A stretch of DNA of 64,000 bases from assembly GCA_000002445.1 (NCBI GenBank), contig CM000208.1, positions 3,776,001 through 3,840,000 on the forward strand. The letters are read 5' to 3'. A model generated the notes under the pieces. It was not told the DNA's origin, made no database searches, and worked only from the letters and a program-made list of their open reading frames with translations. Positions 40,862-51,858 of the stretch are shown in pieces. Position numbers and translations under genes: made by a program. Position 1 is the first letter of the stretch, and every line of letters begins with the position of its first letter. This DNA is from Trypanosoma brucei. Lineage: Eukaryota.

Positions 40862-41834
40862 AATATTGTCCCCTTGGTGGCCCAGTAACTTCAAACTAGT
40901 TCTGCTTTTTAATGGCGGAAAGGAACGACAAACTCTTGTGGATTCCTCTTGCCTGGAGCCTCGATCAAGTGACAGAGCGTCGTTGAAAAGGAGGAAACAA
41001 AGGGGAGGGCGGTTGAATCTTACATCTGGGATCTGCATTCGATGCCATTTGTGGACCTCTGTTGAGCCATGCTTCGTTAGAGCCAACAAGGCCCAAAAGT
41101 TGCAACCGTTACAGGAGACACGTGTATCATGTTGTGAATCGGTTTCGTATGATTGACCGCGCTGGTGGCATAACGATTTCAGGTCCCCCTCTTTTATTAT
41201 TCTTAAATCATTTTCACGCGCGCACATTGCTTCCACTTGCGGGCGGGGGTTATGCATTTCATCAAAATGGGCAGTCTGCTTCTGATTAAATTTCAACTGA
41301 TCGTTATCTTGTTCTCTTCTTATGTGTTTTCGCTGATTACCCTTCGTCTTCATCGTGAATTCCTCACCCGTCCTACAAAGGACGGAAAGCAAGGCCAGTG
41401 GGAGAAGGTAGGGTCAAACCTTGAAGATAAGTTCATAATTATCCGCCTAGCAAAAGAAAGGGGAAACAGGCCAGTGTGAAAGGGGAGTGAGGGAAGCTGC
41501 AGCAGTGCTCGCTCCCTTCCTCTCTTCTGTTGAAGCTACTGGCCGCCGCGGGGCGTCGAGGTGTTTCGTGGGGGAGGCGAAGGGAAAGGGAAAAGAGGTT
41601 TAGTTAGTCCCTGCAAGAAGCAGGGGCTCATTGCTATTCACTGTGCCACTTCTCTGGGGGTGGGGCACGGCAGCTGTGACTTTCGGAAGTAACCAAAGGA
41701 AAGCTGGTGCATTAATAACGGCACGTAGAAGTACAACACGGGGAGGAATCTTTTTGCTGTCTGGAGTGCGACCCAAGGCAATTTCGTGTATACAGTAGGT
41801 AATTCCTGACGTATCCTTTTGATACCTGTAAATT

Positions 41835-44800
41835 ATGTCTGGTCTGACTTCACACAACATCTCAGCTACATCTATTCGTGTGCATGGAATCACACGTGAA
41901 CGTGATATGTGCGTTTTCTGCCGGAAGCGCTCTTCGCCACCACCTAATGATCCGCTGGCACCAGTATTTGCCTTCTTCTCGCTGGTTGACTGCCGTCACT
42001 ACGCGTGCCAACCGTGTGCTCTCGTGCATTGCGACAACGCTGGGCGGCATATACGTTGCCCCGCGTGTTGCGCGATTTCTCGTCTCGCGCAGTCGGGCCG
42101 CCGTCGCGGAAACCGTGTGGATGAACGAGTGCCAATAGATGACGGCGTATCGTCGGCGGCATCGCAGAGCTCAAAAAGAGTGTTGGCCCCACCGAAGCGT
42201 TCACTCTCCGTCACTGACCGGCGGAGACGTACGTCATCTGTTCAGTTCTCAACAAACTTAACATCGCCCAGTGGGCAGAAGGAGGCCCTCAGCACCGGCG
42301 GCTCTAACACGTCATTGACACTTGCCGCGGTCGGCCGGCTGCCAACCGACCCTAACTATAGCAAAGGCAAAGGGGATGAAGGAGGAACCGTTGCGGCCTT
42401 CAGCGAGGAGGAACGAATATCGGTCGATTTGTACACCATTAAGGGCACCGCTGCAAAACGCCCGCGTCGCACAACAGCTGAACGTGCCCGCAGTCAGCCG
42501 CTTCCTCCGGCAGAATATCGCTATTTGCCACCACCAACGCCGTTCCATCGCCCGCCGCCGCTAGTAATTCACACGATTGAGGAGGAAGAAGAGGTTGCGG
42601 CTTCATTCCAACTCATTGTAAGGGAAATCGAGCAAACTATCGCTGCTACGCTAGTAAAGGAGGCAGATGAGCGTGACACAATCGGAATTGCGGAAGCACA
42701 CCGCCGCAACGTCCTTTCAAAATTACGTGAAGAGGATGAAAGAAAGAGATTTGCAGCACATCACGAACTCAATGACGAGTTTTCTGATGCCAAATTAAGT
42801 CCTCGCACAACAACAAACGCATCAGACGGCCAAGTCAGTGAAACATCCGATGAAGGAATGTCAGAACTCTCAACACAACAAGACTCAATTCAAAAGAACT
42901 ACAAACAACCCATAGATCAAAAAGCAATGATCACAAAGGAAAGAACAGGAACACCTACCGCAGCGGAAAAACAAACAAAACACCAACAACAAACAATCAC
43001 CAAACAGAACACTGAAGAAGAAAAAAAAGAAGCAAAAAATGAAAACAATAAGGAGAGTAAAAAAAAACGGCGTGAGCGTGTTGAGGTTGCTACATGGGAT
43101 TCGGAACAACAGCTGCGGCTCTTTGAACAACTTATGGATCTCGCTCGTGATGAACAACAGCACCGTGCCAAAATACAGCGTGACGAAACTCGTATGCATG
43201 CGGAAATGGAACGAAGTGAGGCTAGCGATGTTGCAACAATCAAGGCTGCAATGGAGGCCATGGCAGAGTCAGCACGTAGAGAGCAGGAGGAATTATTGCG
43301 TGATGAGAAGGAAGAACGCTACACCATCCAAGAGGATGAGCGACGGCTACGGCGCAACATAACGCGACAGAGCGCGGAGCTCTCACTCGACGTCAGCATG
43401 CAGCATGTGCAACAACGTGGTAAGGAGGACGCACAAAGGGAATTGGATATGCTAAGGGTTGCACTGGAATCAACTGCTGTTGAAACCACTTCGCGCGCTC
43501 GCCTCAACCTCATTGTAACGGAGGAACTGAGGGCACGTGATTCCCTGTGCAGTGACGAAGCAAGTGAACGAGCCATGCACGCAGCAGAAGAGCGACGTGA
43601 GCGTGTTGAGGTTGCTACATGGGATTCGGAACAACAGCTGCGGCTCTTTGAACAACTTATGGATCTCGCTCGTGATGAACAACAGCACCGTGCCAAAATA
43701 CAGCGTGACGAAACTCGTATGCATGCGGAAATGGAACGAAGTGAGGCTAGCGATGTTGCAACAATCAAGGCTGCAATGGAGGCCATGGCAGAGTCAGCAC
43801 GTAGAGAGCAGGAGGAATTATTGCGTGATGAGAAGGAAGAACGCTACACCATCCAAGAGGATGAGCGACGGCTACGGCGCAACATAACGCGACAGAGCGC
43901 GGAGCTCTCACTCGACGTCAGCATGCAGCATGTGCAACAACGTGGTAAGGAGGACGCACAAAGGGAATTGGATATGCTAAGGGTTGCACTGGAATCAACT
44001 GCTGTTGAAACCACTTCGCGCGCTCGCCTCAACCTCATTGTAACGGAGGAACTGAGGGCACGTGATTCCCTGTGCAGTGACGAAGCAAGTGAACGAGCCA
44101 TGCACGCAGCAGAAGAGCGACGTGAGCGTGTTGAGGTTGCTACATGGGATTCGGAACAACAGCTGCGGCTCTTTGAACAACTTATGGATCTCGCTCGTGA
44201 TGAACAACAGCACCGTGCCAAAATACAGCGTGACGAAACTCGTATGCATGCGGAAATGGAACGAAGTGAGGCTAGCGATGTTGCAACAATCAAGGCTGCA
44301 ATGGAGGCCATGGCAGAGTCAGCACGTAGAGAGCAGGAGGAATTATTGCGTGATGAGAAGGAAGAACGCTACACCATCCAAGAGGATGAGCGGCGGCTAC
44401 GGCGCAACATAACACGACAGAGCGCGGAGCTCTCACTCGACGTCAGCATGCAGCATGTGCAACAACGTGGTAAGGAGGACGCACAAAGGGAATTGGATAT
44501 GCTAAGGGTTGCACTGGAATCAACTGCTGTTGAAACCACTTCGCGCGCTCGCCTCAACCTCATTGTAACGGAGGAACTGAGGGCACGTGATTCCCTGTGC
44601 AGTGACGAAGCAAGTGAACGAGCCATGCACGCAGCAGAAGAGCGACGTGAGCGTGTTGAGGTTGCTACATGGGATTCGGAACAACAGCTGCGGCTCTTTG
44701 AACAACTTATGGATCTCGCTCGTGATGAACAACAGCACCGTGCCAAAATACAGCGTGACGAAACTCGTATGCATGCGGAAATGGAACGAAGTGAGGCTGA

Positions 44801-47081
44801 CGGAATCTTGGCATGCGGTGCTCAGAGTGAAGGAGCCGATTCTTTTGAAGTTGCTTCTTCGGGGTGTGATTGTGTTTTTCGTCCTTCTGGTGCTGATTGT
44901 GCCTCTTTCTCTCCGTATGTTTGTCGAGGGGGTGGTGTTTTGCCGCTTGATGTTGAAATTCCTGTTGGTTTGGCGTATTCAGCGCATGGCAGCACATCAG
45001 CTGAGGTTATTTCAGTTGACTATACCTCTTTTTTGCCTATTGTTGGCAGTGACGCTCAGGGTGAATCATCTTTGTGGAATACTCTTGACGATGATGGTGG
45101 CGTTGTTTTTGGTGATGTTTGCGCGGGTGGGGACGATGTTGGCATTGATGTAAATGACGTTGAGAGTGTGCACATCAGCAGGGGATGTTCAACCGTACTT
45201 GACGCCGGTGGCGTTGGCGCAACTGCTGAAGTATATGCTTTAGATGAAAAGTGGCGTGATGGGACTGCGGTAAGCGCTGAGCCCCCTCGCATTCCAGCAA
45301 GTAGGATTTGTCGTACTTGCTTCTCCACTGATACGAGTAGATGTGCGCGTTGTGGCACAATGGTGTGCTCTCATTGTATTCCTTCAGGTTCGTTTCGTCA
45401 GTGCTGTACGTTACATCACCTTACCATTATCAACAAGAGGTGCAGGGTAATGACTGAAACGAGGGTGCACGCTAGGTGGGAGTGCCGGAGGTTGTTTAGG
45501 CAGTTCCGACTCGAGCAACGGATGAGAAGGCGGAGAGAAAATGTGGTAAACACTCGAGGGTTTGATGTAGTCGTTCTTACACCGGAGCAAAAGGGTGACA
45601 ACTCTAACCTGCACGAGGTTAAGACGCCTCCTAGAGTCACTCGTCGATTCTTAAACCAAGAAAATGACAGTGAGGAAGATGCTGCATGGAAATCACATTA
45701 TCTTGAGTCATGGCCATCTGATTCGGGGCAGATGCCACCTTGCGGACTCAAACAAGAGCGGTTTGATGAATTTAATGATGCCGAAAATAGTATGAACCTA
45801 ACGGCAGATAATGAGCCCAAGACCGAAAGAAAAAGAGCCACAGCATTCTTTGTACCATTAGGTAATAGCGCCGAACCAAGGAGGCCCAAACCTCCGACAC
45901 CTAGAAACTATGTTCCCGGAATTATCCACAATTGTACGAAAGCTCCGCAGAGCAAGCGAGCAGTTTCAAGAATGCGTTTCCGGCGCCTTCGGAGGCAAAA
46001 CGCAACGGGTAATACTAAGAACACAACGTTGAATTCTGCTGCTGCAGGAAGAAATGTACAGGAACATCGCGCCGCAAGCAGTTCCAAGCCGCGGCCACAA
46101 GAAAGCTGGGCACGGCAAAGACCTGTGCAGCGTCAGGGTGCCTTTATTACGGCAGACCCCGTGAGAGGGATCACGAGAAGCGGCCCAACGTCCAATTCCT
46201 GGCGCCGCCGGAATTTCCGCACGAAAAGCCGGTCACCAGCTGGGTATGGCGGCAAAGCAAGTGCTTGCAATTTCCACGGTGATCGATGCGGGGACGCCAT
46301 GGCACTGGGACGCACATATTACGACGGTAACCCCGTGAGGAGTAAGGGGTTGGCTTACGTTCTGGACGAAGAGCCACCACAGAGAGGATATGAGCCGACG
46401 CCACCAACCAGACTGCAGAGCAACCGGGTAGTCAAATCGGGGGTACACAGCGGCGAAGAACATACAAGGATGGGGTGTCAACACGAGTGGGAGCCTGACC
46501 AGCAATGTGTACCATTATTTGAGGAGTTTCATGCGTCTTCCTCGACCCCACCCTGGCGGCCTCCGTTCTCGCGTGACCCACCACCTCCGCGCCGCAACCA
46601 CAGGAACACAAACATAGGAGGTCGAACACACCGTACGCTAGCCCCCTTTCCAGCACGCCAACGCCTTTGCCACCCGCGGCAACGCAGTGCCGCCGACCTC
46701 ACACGCAACGCAAGTCCCGGGCAGGCGTGCAGCAGATTCCATTACAATCCACTGGACGACGTTGATCGTGCTGCCTTCGTTGGTGGACCGCGCGGAGCAC
46801 AACGGCAACCGCCTACGAGTGTAGCGGAGCCATGTATTACCGTGCATCTCTTTCCGCCTTCTTCGTACGGAGGGGGAGCGGGAACTTCTGGACGGCATCC
46901 GTTGCGGGGTCCAACCGCAAGGAGACACTCAAGTCGTGCCCACAGGCCCTCACCAGCTCGAGCGGCTTCACCTCCGTGGCGAACAGACCTAAACACCCCG
47001 TTCATTTGTCCCCCATGGAACGCGAACCGGCCTGACACGTTTATTGCAAAGCCGTATACCCGCACCACGTGCAGAAGGTAG
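41835..47081 (+). CDS. RING-finger (C3HC4) protein with Glu/Arg-rich coiled-coil tandem repeats and a second Cys-rich cluster
   Basis: The N-terminus reads CVFC-x19-C-R-H-YAC-QPC-x13-CPAC, matching the RING-HC spacing C-x2-C...C-x-H-x2-C-x2-C...C-x2-C. The central region has 3.3 perfect 175-aa repeats, highly charged and predicted helical. A C-terminal cluster (CRTC-x8-CARC...CSHC) may be a second zinc-binding module. The last ~550 aa are Pro/Arg-rich and low-complexity. Confidence 0.8.
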   Translation: MSGLTSHNISATSIRVHGITRERDMCVFCRKRSSPPPNDPLAPVFAFFSLVDCRHYACQPCALVHCDNAGRHIRCPACCAISRLAQSGRRRGNRVDERVPIDDGVSSAASQSSKRVLAPPKRSLSVTDRRRRTSSVQFSTNLTSPSGQKEALSTGGSNTSLTLAAVGRLPTDPNYSKGKGDEGGTVAAFSEEERISVDLYTIKGTAAKRPRRTTAERARSQPLPPAEYRYLPPPTPFHRPPPLVIHTIEEEEEVAASFQLIVREIEQTIAATLVKEADERDTIGIAEAHRRNVLSKLREEDERKRFAAHHELNDEFSDAKLSPRTTTNASDGQVSETSDEGMSELSTQQDSIQKNYKQPIDQKAMITKERTGTPTAAEKQTKHQQQTITKQNTEEEKKEAKNENNKESKKKRRERVEVATWDSEQQLRLFEQLMDLARDEQQHRAKIQRDETRMHAEMERSEASDVATIKAAMEAMAESARREQEELLRDEKEERYTIQEDERRLRRNITRQSAELSLDVSMQHVQQRGKEDAQRELDMLRVALESTAVETTSRARLNLIVTEELRARDSLCSDEASERAMHAAEERRERVEVATWDSEQQLRLFEQLMDLARDEQQHRAKIQRDETRMHAEMERSEASDVATIKAAMEAMAESARREQEELLRDEKEERYTIQEDERRLRRNITRQSAELSLDVSMQHVQQRGKEDAQRELDMLRVALESTAVETTSRARLNLIVTEELRARDSLCSDEASERAMHAAEERRERVEVATWDSEQQLRLFEQLMDLARDEQQHRAKIQRDETRMHAEMERSEASDVATIKAAMEAMAESARREQEELLRDEKEERYTIQEDERRLRRNITRQSAELSLDVSMQHVQQRGKEDAQRELDMLRVALESTAVETTSRARLNLIVTEELRARDSLCSDEASERAMHAAEERRERVEVATWDSEQQLRLFEQLMDLARDEQQHRAKIQRDETRMHAEMERSEADGILACGAQSEGADSFEVASSGCDCVFRPSGADCASFSPYVCRGGGVLPLDVEIPVGLAYSAHGSTSAEVISVDYTSFLPIVGSDAQGESSLWNTLDDDGGVVFGDVCAGGDDVGIDVNDVESVHISRGCSTVLDAGGVGATAEVYALDEKWRDGTAVSAEPPRIPASRICRTCFSTDTSRCARCGTMVCSHCIPSGSFRQCCTLHHLTIINKRCRVMTETRVHARWECRRLFRQFRLEQRMRRRRENVVNTRGFDVVVLTPEQKGDNSNLHEVKTPPRVTRRFLNQENDSEEDAAWKSHYLESWPSDSGQMPPCGLKQERFDEFNDAENSMNLTADNEPKTERKRATAFFVPLGNSAEPRRPKPPTPRNYVPGIIHNCTKAPQSKRAVSRMRFRRLRRQNATGNTKNTTLNSAAAGRNVQEHRAASSSKPRPQESWARQRPVQRQGAFITADPVRGITRSGPTSNSWRRRNFRTKSRSPAGYGGKASACNFHGDRCGDAMALGRTYYDGNPVRSKGLAYVLDEEPPQRGYEPTPPTRLQSNRVVKSGVHSGEEHTRMGCQHEWEPDQQCVPLFEEFHASSSTPPWRPPFSRDPPPPRRNHRNTNIGGRTHRTLAPFPARQRLCHPRQRSAADLTRNASPGQACSRFHYNPLDDVDRAAFVGGPRGAQRQPPTSVAEPCITVHLFPPSSYGGGAGTSGRHPLRGPTARRHSSRAHRPSPARAASPPWRTDLNTPFICPPWNANRPDTFIAKPYTRTTCRR
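43071..44795 (+). repeat. Coding tandem repeat, 525-bp (175-aa) unit, ~3.3 copies, essentially identical
   Basis: 'cgtgagcgtgttgaggttgctacatggg' recurs at 43071, 43596, 44121 and 44646. Only two differences were seen between the copies at 43596 and 44121 (gacgg/gcggc, aacgcg/aacacg). Confidence 0.95.
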
Positions 47082-47176
47082 CAATCCTGTGAAGAAAGGG
47101 GAGACCTTACTTCATATAAGTACGTTTTGTTCCCCTCTTTCGCTCACTCTGCGAATGGATGTAATTGGTATTGTTA

Positions 47177-47233
47177 GTTCAAGGGCGCTGGCGTAACTTT
47201 GCCAGCTGTTAAGTTACGCCAGCGCCCTTGAAC
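47177..47233. repeat. Perfect 23-bp inverted repeat (hairpin) with an 11-nt loop
   Basis: 47177-47199 'gttcaagggcgctggcgtaactt' is the exact reverse complement of 47211-47233 'aagttacgccagcgcccttgaac'. The loop is 'tgccagctgtt' and contains the palindrome CAGCTG. It is intergenic, ~100 bp after the RING gene stop. Confidence 0.85.
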
Positions 47234-47646
47234 CTAACAGTACCAAAGATTGTGAGAGAGGTGTGAGCTATCAATACGCTCGCAGATGATACTTTAGCCT
47301 ATGGATTACTCGAGATGGAGAAAGAATGTTCTGTTGATATTTTTTATCTTTGTGTATAGGTGGTAAGGTCAAAGATCAAGTAAGGCACGAGTGACGTTTG
47401 CGTGTCGGGAGAGTATTGAATAAAAAAGGGAATAGAGGTATGCGTGCCTCGTTTGCGTATATAGATAGAATGTGAGGGTGATCATATGTATTTGGAGTTT
47501 GAAAGGAAAAAATAAAAGAAGTGCATCTTGACGTAGGGAATTTCACTCTGCCGTTAACTACATGGATATAGAAGGGGATAAAAAGAATATCATAGACGCG
47601 TAATTTGAAGGAAGTAACAATACTTTTGAATTTGACTAGACGTCGT

Positions 47647-47660
47647 CTTTTTTTTTTTTT
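47647..47660 (+). promoter_or_regulatory. Poly(T) tract; candidate trans-splicing/polyadenylation signal
   Basis: T14 run between the RING gene and the 48087 gene. Inferred role only. Confidence 0.3.
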
Positions 47661-48086
47661 AATGTCACCATCGTTACTTGTTATTGTTTCTCACCCGTAT
47701 CATTTCCCCCATTCGTATTCTTGTGTGCGTAACGTTACGATTTGGCAAAGACGCGAAATCAATGAACTTTGTCAGTGATTTTCTGTTGAAGTCTTTTTCG
47801 CCTTGTATTTATAGGGGCTCACGTGAAACTACTTTGCCTATTTCTTCCTTGTCTCTTACCATCTGTATCATGCACTACGCGTGGTGTGTTCGTTAGTTAA
47901 GATCAAATCATTAAAAGGGATATAGAGGAGCACAAGACAGAGGAAGCAAAGGACACATATATATATATACATCTGTACATATATTTTCAGTCCAAGGTTA
48001 CAAGGGACAGAAAGAACTTCATCATCAATAACAGTAAAACATATTACTCAAGGGGTGTTTCACTTCAACGGTTTACTGAAGTAAAT

Positions 48087-49034
48087 ATGAAATCAGAGGG
48101 GACGCCGATACCGACGAGAACGCCGAAGAGCGGGAAGAAGAAGAAGGAATTCACGCAGTTGGCACTCGCGAAGGACCATCGTTTCAACTGGATGGGTCAT
48201 GATGGTACAGAGTCGGAGACGCTCAACCTTGATCTCCTCCGCATCACCAATGAGGGCTGTCTACGCTTCAGTGATCAGGCTCGCCGCGACTACGTCATAA
48301 CGATGATTCGTGCCCGCCTTGGACAAATCAAGCTCGCCCTCGGTCTCTGCACGGAAGAGGACCTCGAGGATGATGAGGATGAAGACGACGACGAAGAGAA
48401 CAGCGAAGCCCAGGTTCTGTGGAGACTCGCCGTCAGGAGAGTAGAATTGCAGCAGGAGGCAGAGGAAAGGGGAGACAGCGGGGAGCCCCTTTACTACGGG
48501 ACGCCTACTGAGGAGGAAGTGGCAGAGGGCTACAGGAACTTCGTCAAGGGCACGCGTGTACTGCTGTCACATCTGAAGCAGACGTTTGTCTCGTACATCG
48601 ACGGCCGTGAATTCAACACGGTTGCGCAGTTGGTGGAGCATAACAATGCTCTTCGCCCAACGTATGAGGAAACTGCCGCCGCTGTCCAGCACCCCAAGTT
48701 CGAGCTGCCGCCTGTGGAAGAGTTTGACGCAGAACCCCTTCAGGCCTACGTTGAAAAGAGAAATGAGTGTCGCATGAAGATTGACGCGCTGCGCTGCTGC
48801 GGCGGTGGCGCGTACGCAATGCGGTACATGCGTGAGGAAGAGCTTGACGAAATTGGAACCCCACGTATCTACGTTGATATGGAGGACACGGAAGCCACTC
48901 TTGACGAAGAACTCCAGAACGCCCGCCAGAACCTTGCGAAGGAACGCTGGGAGTACAACTGCCGTGCGGCGAGGGTTTACCGCCGCTTGCAGAAATTCCT
49001 GGCCAGGCGGGCCGCCGCTGCTGAGCAATCGTAA
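48087..49034 (+). CDS. Hypothetical protein with acidic (DEDEDDDEE) stretch
   Basis: 315-aa ORF from an ATG, co-oriented and with coding-like composition. No recognisable domain. Contains an acidic run and predicted helical segments. Confidence 0.6.
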   Translation: MKSEGTPIPTRTPKSGKKKKEFTQLALAKDHRFNWMGHDGTESETLNLDLLRITNEGCLRFSDQARRDYVITMIRARLGQIKLALGLCTEEDLEDDEDEDDDEENSEAQVLWRLAVRRVELQQEAEERGDSGEPLYYGTPTEEEVAEGYRNFVKGTRVLLSHLKQTFVSYIDGREFNTVAQLVEHNNALRPTYEETAAAVQHPKFELPPVEEFDAEPLQAYVEKRNECRMKIDALRCCGGGAYAMRYMREEELDEIGTPRIYVDMEDTEATLDEELQNARQNLAKERWEYNCRAARVYRRLQKFLARRAAAAEQS

Positions 49035-49174
49035 GTTTATCACTTGACAAGTATGGTAACAGTGATGAAGCGGACCGCAAAGAAACCATTGGAAGGTGAA
49101 GAAGGAGCAGAGGCGGTAGCAAAAGGAGTGCGTAGGCATGTGAGTGGAATTTCGATGTGCTGGACTAGCTTGAT

Positions 49175-49232
49175 TTGATTTTTTGTTTTTTGTTTTTGTT
49201 TTTTTCCCTCCTCTTGTTTGTCCTCCTCTGGT
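49175..49232 (+). promoter_or_regulatory. Long polypyrimidine tract (T/C-rich); candidate trans-splicing/polyadenylation signal
   Basis: 'gatttgattttttgttttttgtttttgtttttttccctcctcttgtttgtcctcctctggtc' lies downstream of the 49034 stop. Inferred role only. Confidence 0.35.
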
Positions 49233-50463
49233 CACCCAGCAGACCTCTCGAACGGTCTCCTGCTCATCACGCAAGAGGGTAAAAAGAAACGGGATGTGCA
49301 AATAAAAGCGTGAACAAGAAGGATGAAAGGGGGGAAGCAAATGAGAAGTGAAGGGGAAAATGTATTTATAGTTTGACACTCACGTACACCCATACAAAGG
49401 TACGTGATGCCAAAGCATCAGCGTATAACGTGAATGTCTGCTACACTGTCTTTCCAAATGTCAAAAAAAAAAATACAGTAAACGACAGAGGAGCCAAAAA
49501 GATTAGGAAGGGGAGACATGCTTATATATATATCTAAATATATATATGTGAGACACGAAAAATGTACGGAGTGCGCAGAGTATGTCTCAGAAGAAAAAAA
49601 CAAGGAAGGCTGTGCAAACGAATAATGTACTACGGAGGGAAATATATGGGATTTGTTAATAAACCAAACCAAACGAACAAAAATAAGACAGAACAAAATG
49701 AAAAGTAGTGAAAAGGGGAAACTGATGAAATATCTCGCCCGAAATATTGCGTTGGTCACTAGGGGGAAGGGGAGTTACAATTAAAGAGAATGAAAGACGA
49801 TAGGACAAATATTTGTATTCATTTGCAAGATGGGGAAAGAGGGAAGGGAACATTGGCTTTTCCCTCTTGTTTTTCTTTCTTTTAAAAACAAAGTGTGTGA
49901 AAGCTGCAGTTGGGGCTTTCGCGTGCGGTGAGAAAGAGGATCTACTTGAGCGCCATCAATTTTTTAAAAAACAACAAAGTTACATAAATATATTACTTTT
50001 TCAGCCCTTCTCCCTATTTTGTGCTGGTGTGTCACTAACTTGCCCAGATCTCTCAGCCTTCTCGCTGCCAAGGAAAGAACAAGAAAAGAGAGGAGGCGAT
50101 AATCATTCTTCTTTTCCGCTTGTAATCTTGCCCCTTTTTGTGAAAGGATGGATTGAATTTTTGTAGTAAATCCTGGTGACGCACATATTTCCCCAGGCTC
50201 TGTATTTCTTTGGGATTTTTGTACCCTTAAACGGTGTTCGTTGAAGAGAAATGGCGGGGGGCGTGTCTCCTCTGGTTCCTTTTATGTCTTTGCTACTCAC
50301 CACAGACGTATTAATTAGCTGCTATTCATTTTGTGCGACTCTTACGCAAATTCATTTGCTCCATTCGTTGTCTCCACCAGGGCGAGTACCACTTAACCGC
50401 CCCGCCAAGTGAAGGACGCTCACCAACCGGTAAGAACTGTAGTAAAAAAAAAAAAAGGAATTC

Positions 50464-51858
50464 ATGATCCAGTCGTCTAAAGAGCGAAAGAAACATAGAG
50501 GGACGTTGGCACGTGGTCGATCCTGTTTATACTGCCGTCAACAAAGCTGCCCCGGGACTCACAACTGCGCGGGTCGTTTGCATCCCAAACAGCCACTTCG
50601 GCGAGGGCAGTCCCAGAAGGTGGGTGAAGCAGCACAGCAACGGCAGTGGGGAGGGTGGCTAGAGCGAACGAGACGAGTTATAGAAGAGAGCATGCAACCT
50701 CAGGCCTCTACTTTGGATCGGAAACTGAAACTGTTGCGCATGCGGCGCATAAAGCCTGGTAATGGCTCGTTCATCTGCACGGGAAATCGGACAGGTGAAT
50801 CTCAGCCCCATGCCACGGACGGTGGTGAGCGCGCCGCCGGACACCGAGCGGAGAGCACGGGGACCTTAACCACGGGTCAGGGAGCATCAACGATGACCGG
50901 CATGGCCAGTTCACTCGCCCCCTCCTTGACACCAACTCAGGAATCCGCCCTGTTGTCAAAAATAGAAAGTCTAGAAAATATAGTAAAGGAGCTCGCGTTA
51001 CAGAACACGACGCAGTACCAGGCGATATCGGAATTAAAATCGTCATTGGAGCATTGCAACAGCCCCCCAAAGCAGGTGACCTCACTGTCACAACCGGGAG
51101 CAGAGCCTTCAGGGGGAATCACCTCTCTACTACCTACAAGAGAATGTGGAGTGCACGCGCCCCTTGCAATGGACGACATCTCGCGGTCGGGGACCTTCTC
51201 TACGAGTTATAGTGGGAAGAGGGAGATAATCTCGCAGGCTGCGAAGGGAATTGTATCAGTGCAGCCTTACGAGAGCTTGGGTCACGATGCCCCTCCGTCG
51301 CTCGACTTTTCCGATGCAGCTAACAAGGTCGGAAAGGGTGGCTACCCCGCCCAAGAAAGTTCACTTCAGAAAATTTTTGATTCCACCAGTGATAATTTGG
51401 CTGACGAAACATTGCAGTTACGAAAGCAGCTGCGAGCGGCGGAACGGAAGGTTTTAGCATGGGAAAGGTGGTACGTGCGTCAAAAGCAGCAGGCTGATGA
51501 AAAAATGAAGCCGCTAACGCCGTCCAGGAGACCAACGAAGGAAGAGCCACCAACGTTTGGTCCCGATGCTCATCGCGGGGAGGGACGCACTGTTTCGGAA
51601 GCGGAGCGGGGTCCAAAGCAACAGGAACAGCCGCGGGTGCTATTTCGGGCAATGCCTGTTGGAGGGCTTACGAGTCGGTTGAAGCGTGGTAATGAGACGC
51701 GTGACGGCGCTATGAACCTGAACGCGGGCGCGGGTAACACGCTGGCACTCGATGCTTACACATTGTTGGCCCGCGAGGCCGCCTGGAGGGAAGTAGCAGC
51801 CGACGAGAGGGCATCTTTTTTAGAAACTTTTGCCAATGCAGGTCACGACGCCGTGTAG
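50464..51858 (+). CDS. Hypothetical protein (coiled-coil segments)
   Basis: 464-aa ORF from an ATG. The N-terminal ~75 aa are Arg-rich and look like translated UTR, so the true start may be a downstream ATG (e.g. MQPQAST...). The internal SLENIVKELALQNTTQYQAISELKSSLEH and LRKQLRAAERKVLAWERWYVRQKQQADEK look coiled-coil. Confidence 0.5.
   Translation: MIQSSKERKKHRGTLARGRSCLYCRQQSCPGTHNCAGRLHPKQPLRRGQSQKVGEAAQQRQWGGWLERTRRVIEESMQPQASTLDRKLKLLRMRRIKPGNGSFICTGNRTGESQPHATDGGERAAGHRAESTGTLTTGQGASTMTGMASSLAPSLTPTQESALLSKIESLENIVKELALQNTTQYQAISELKSSLEHCNSPPKQVTSLSQPGAEPSGGITSLLPTRECGVHAPLAMDDISRSGTFSTSYSGKREIISQAAKGIVSVQPYESLGHDAPPSLDFSDAANKVGKGGYPAQESSLQKIFDSTSDNLADETLQLRKQLRAAERKVLAWERWYVRQKQQADEKMKPLTPSRRPTKEEPPTFGPDAHRGEGRTVSEAERGPKQQEQPRVLFRAMPVGGLTSRLKRGNETRDGAMNLNAGAGNTLALDAYTLLAREAAWREVAADERASFLETFANAGHDAV

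Noticed and set aside
43319-44746. Antisense ORFs (155 aa, 125 aa; MASIAALIVATSLASLRS...) repeated with the 525-bp period
   Set aside because: They are on the minus strand of the RING-protein repeats. Serine-rich antisense frames of GAG/CGC-rich coding repeats are typical artefacts. All other genes are on the + strand.
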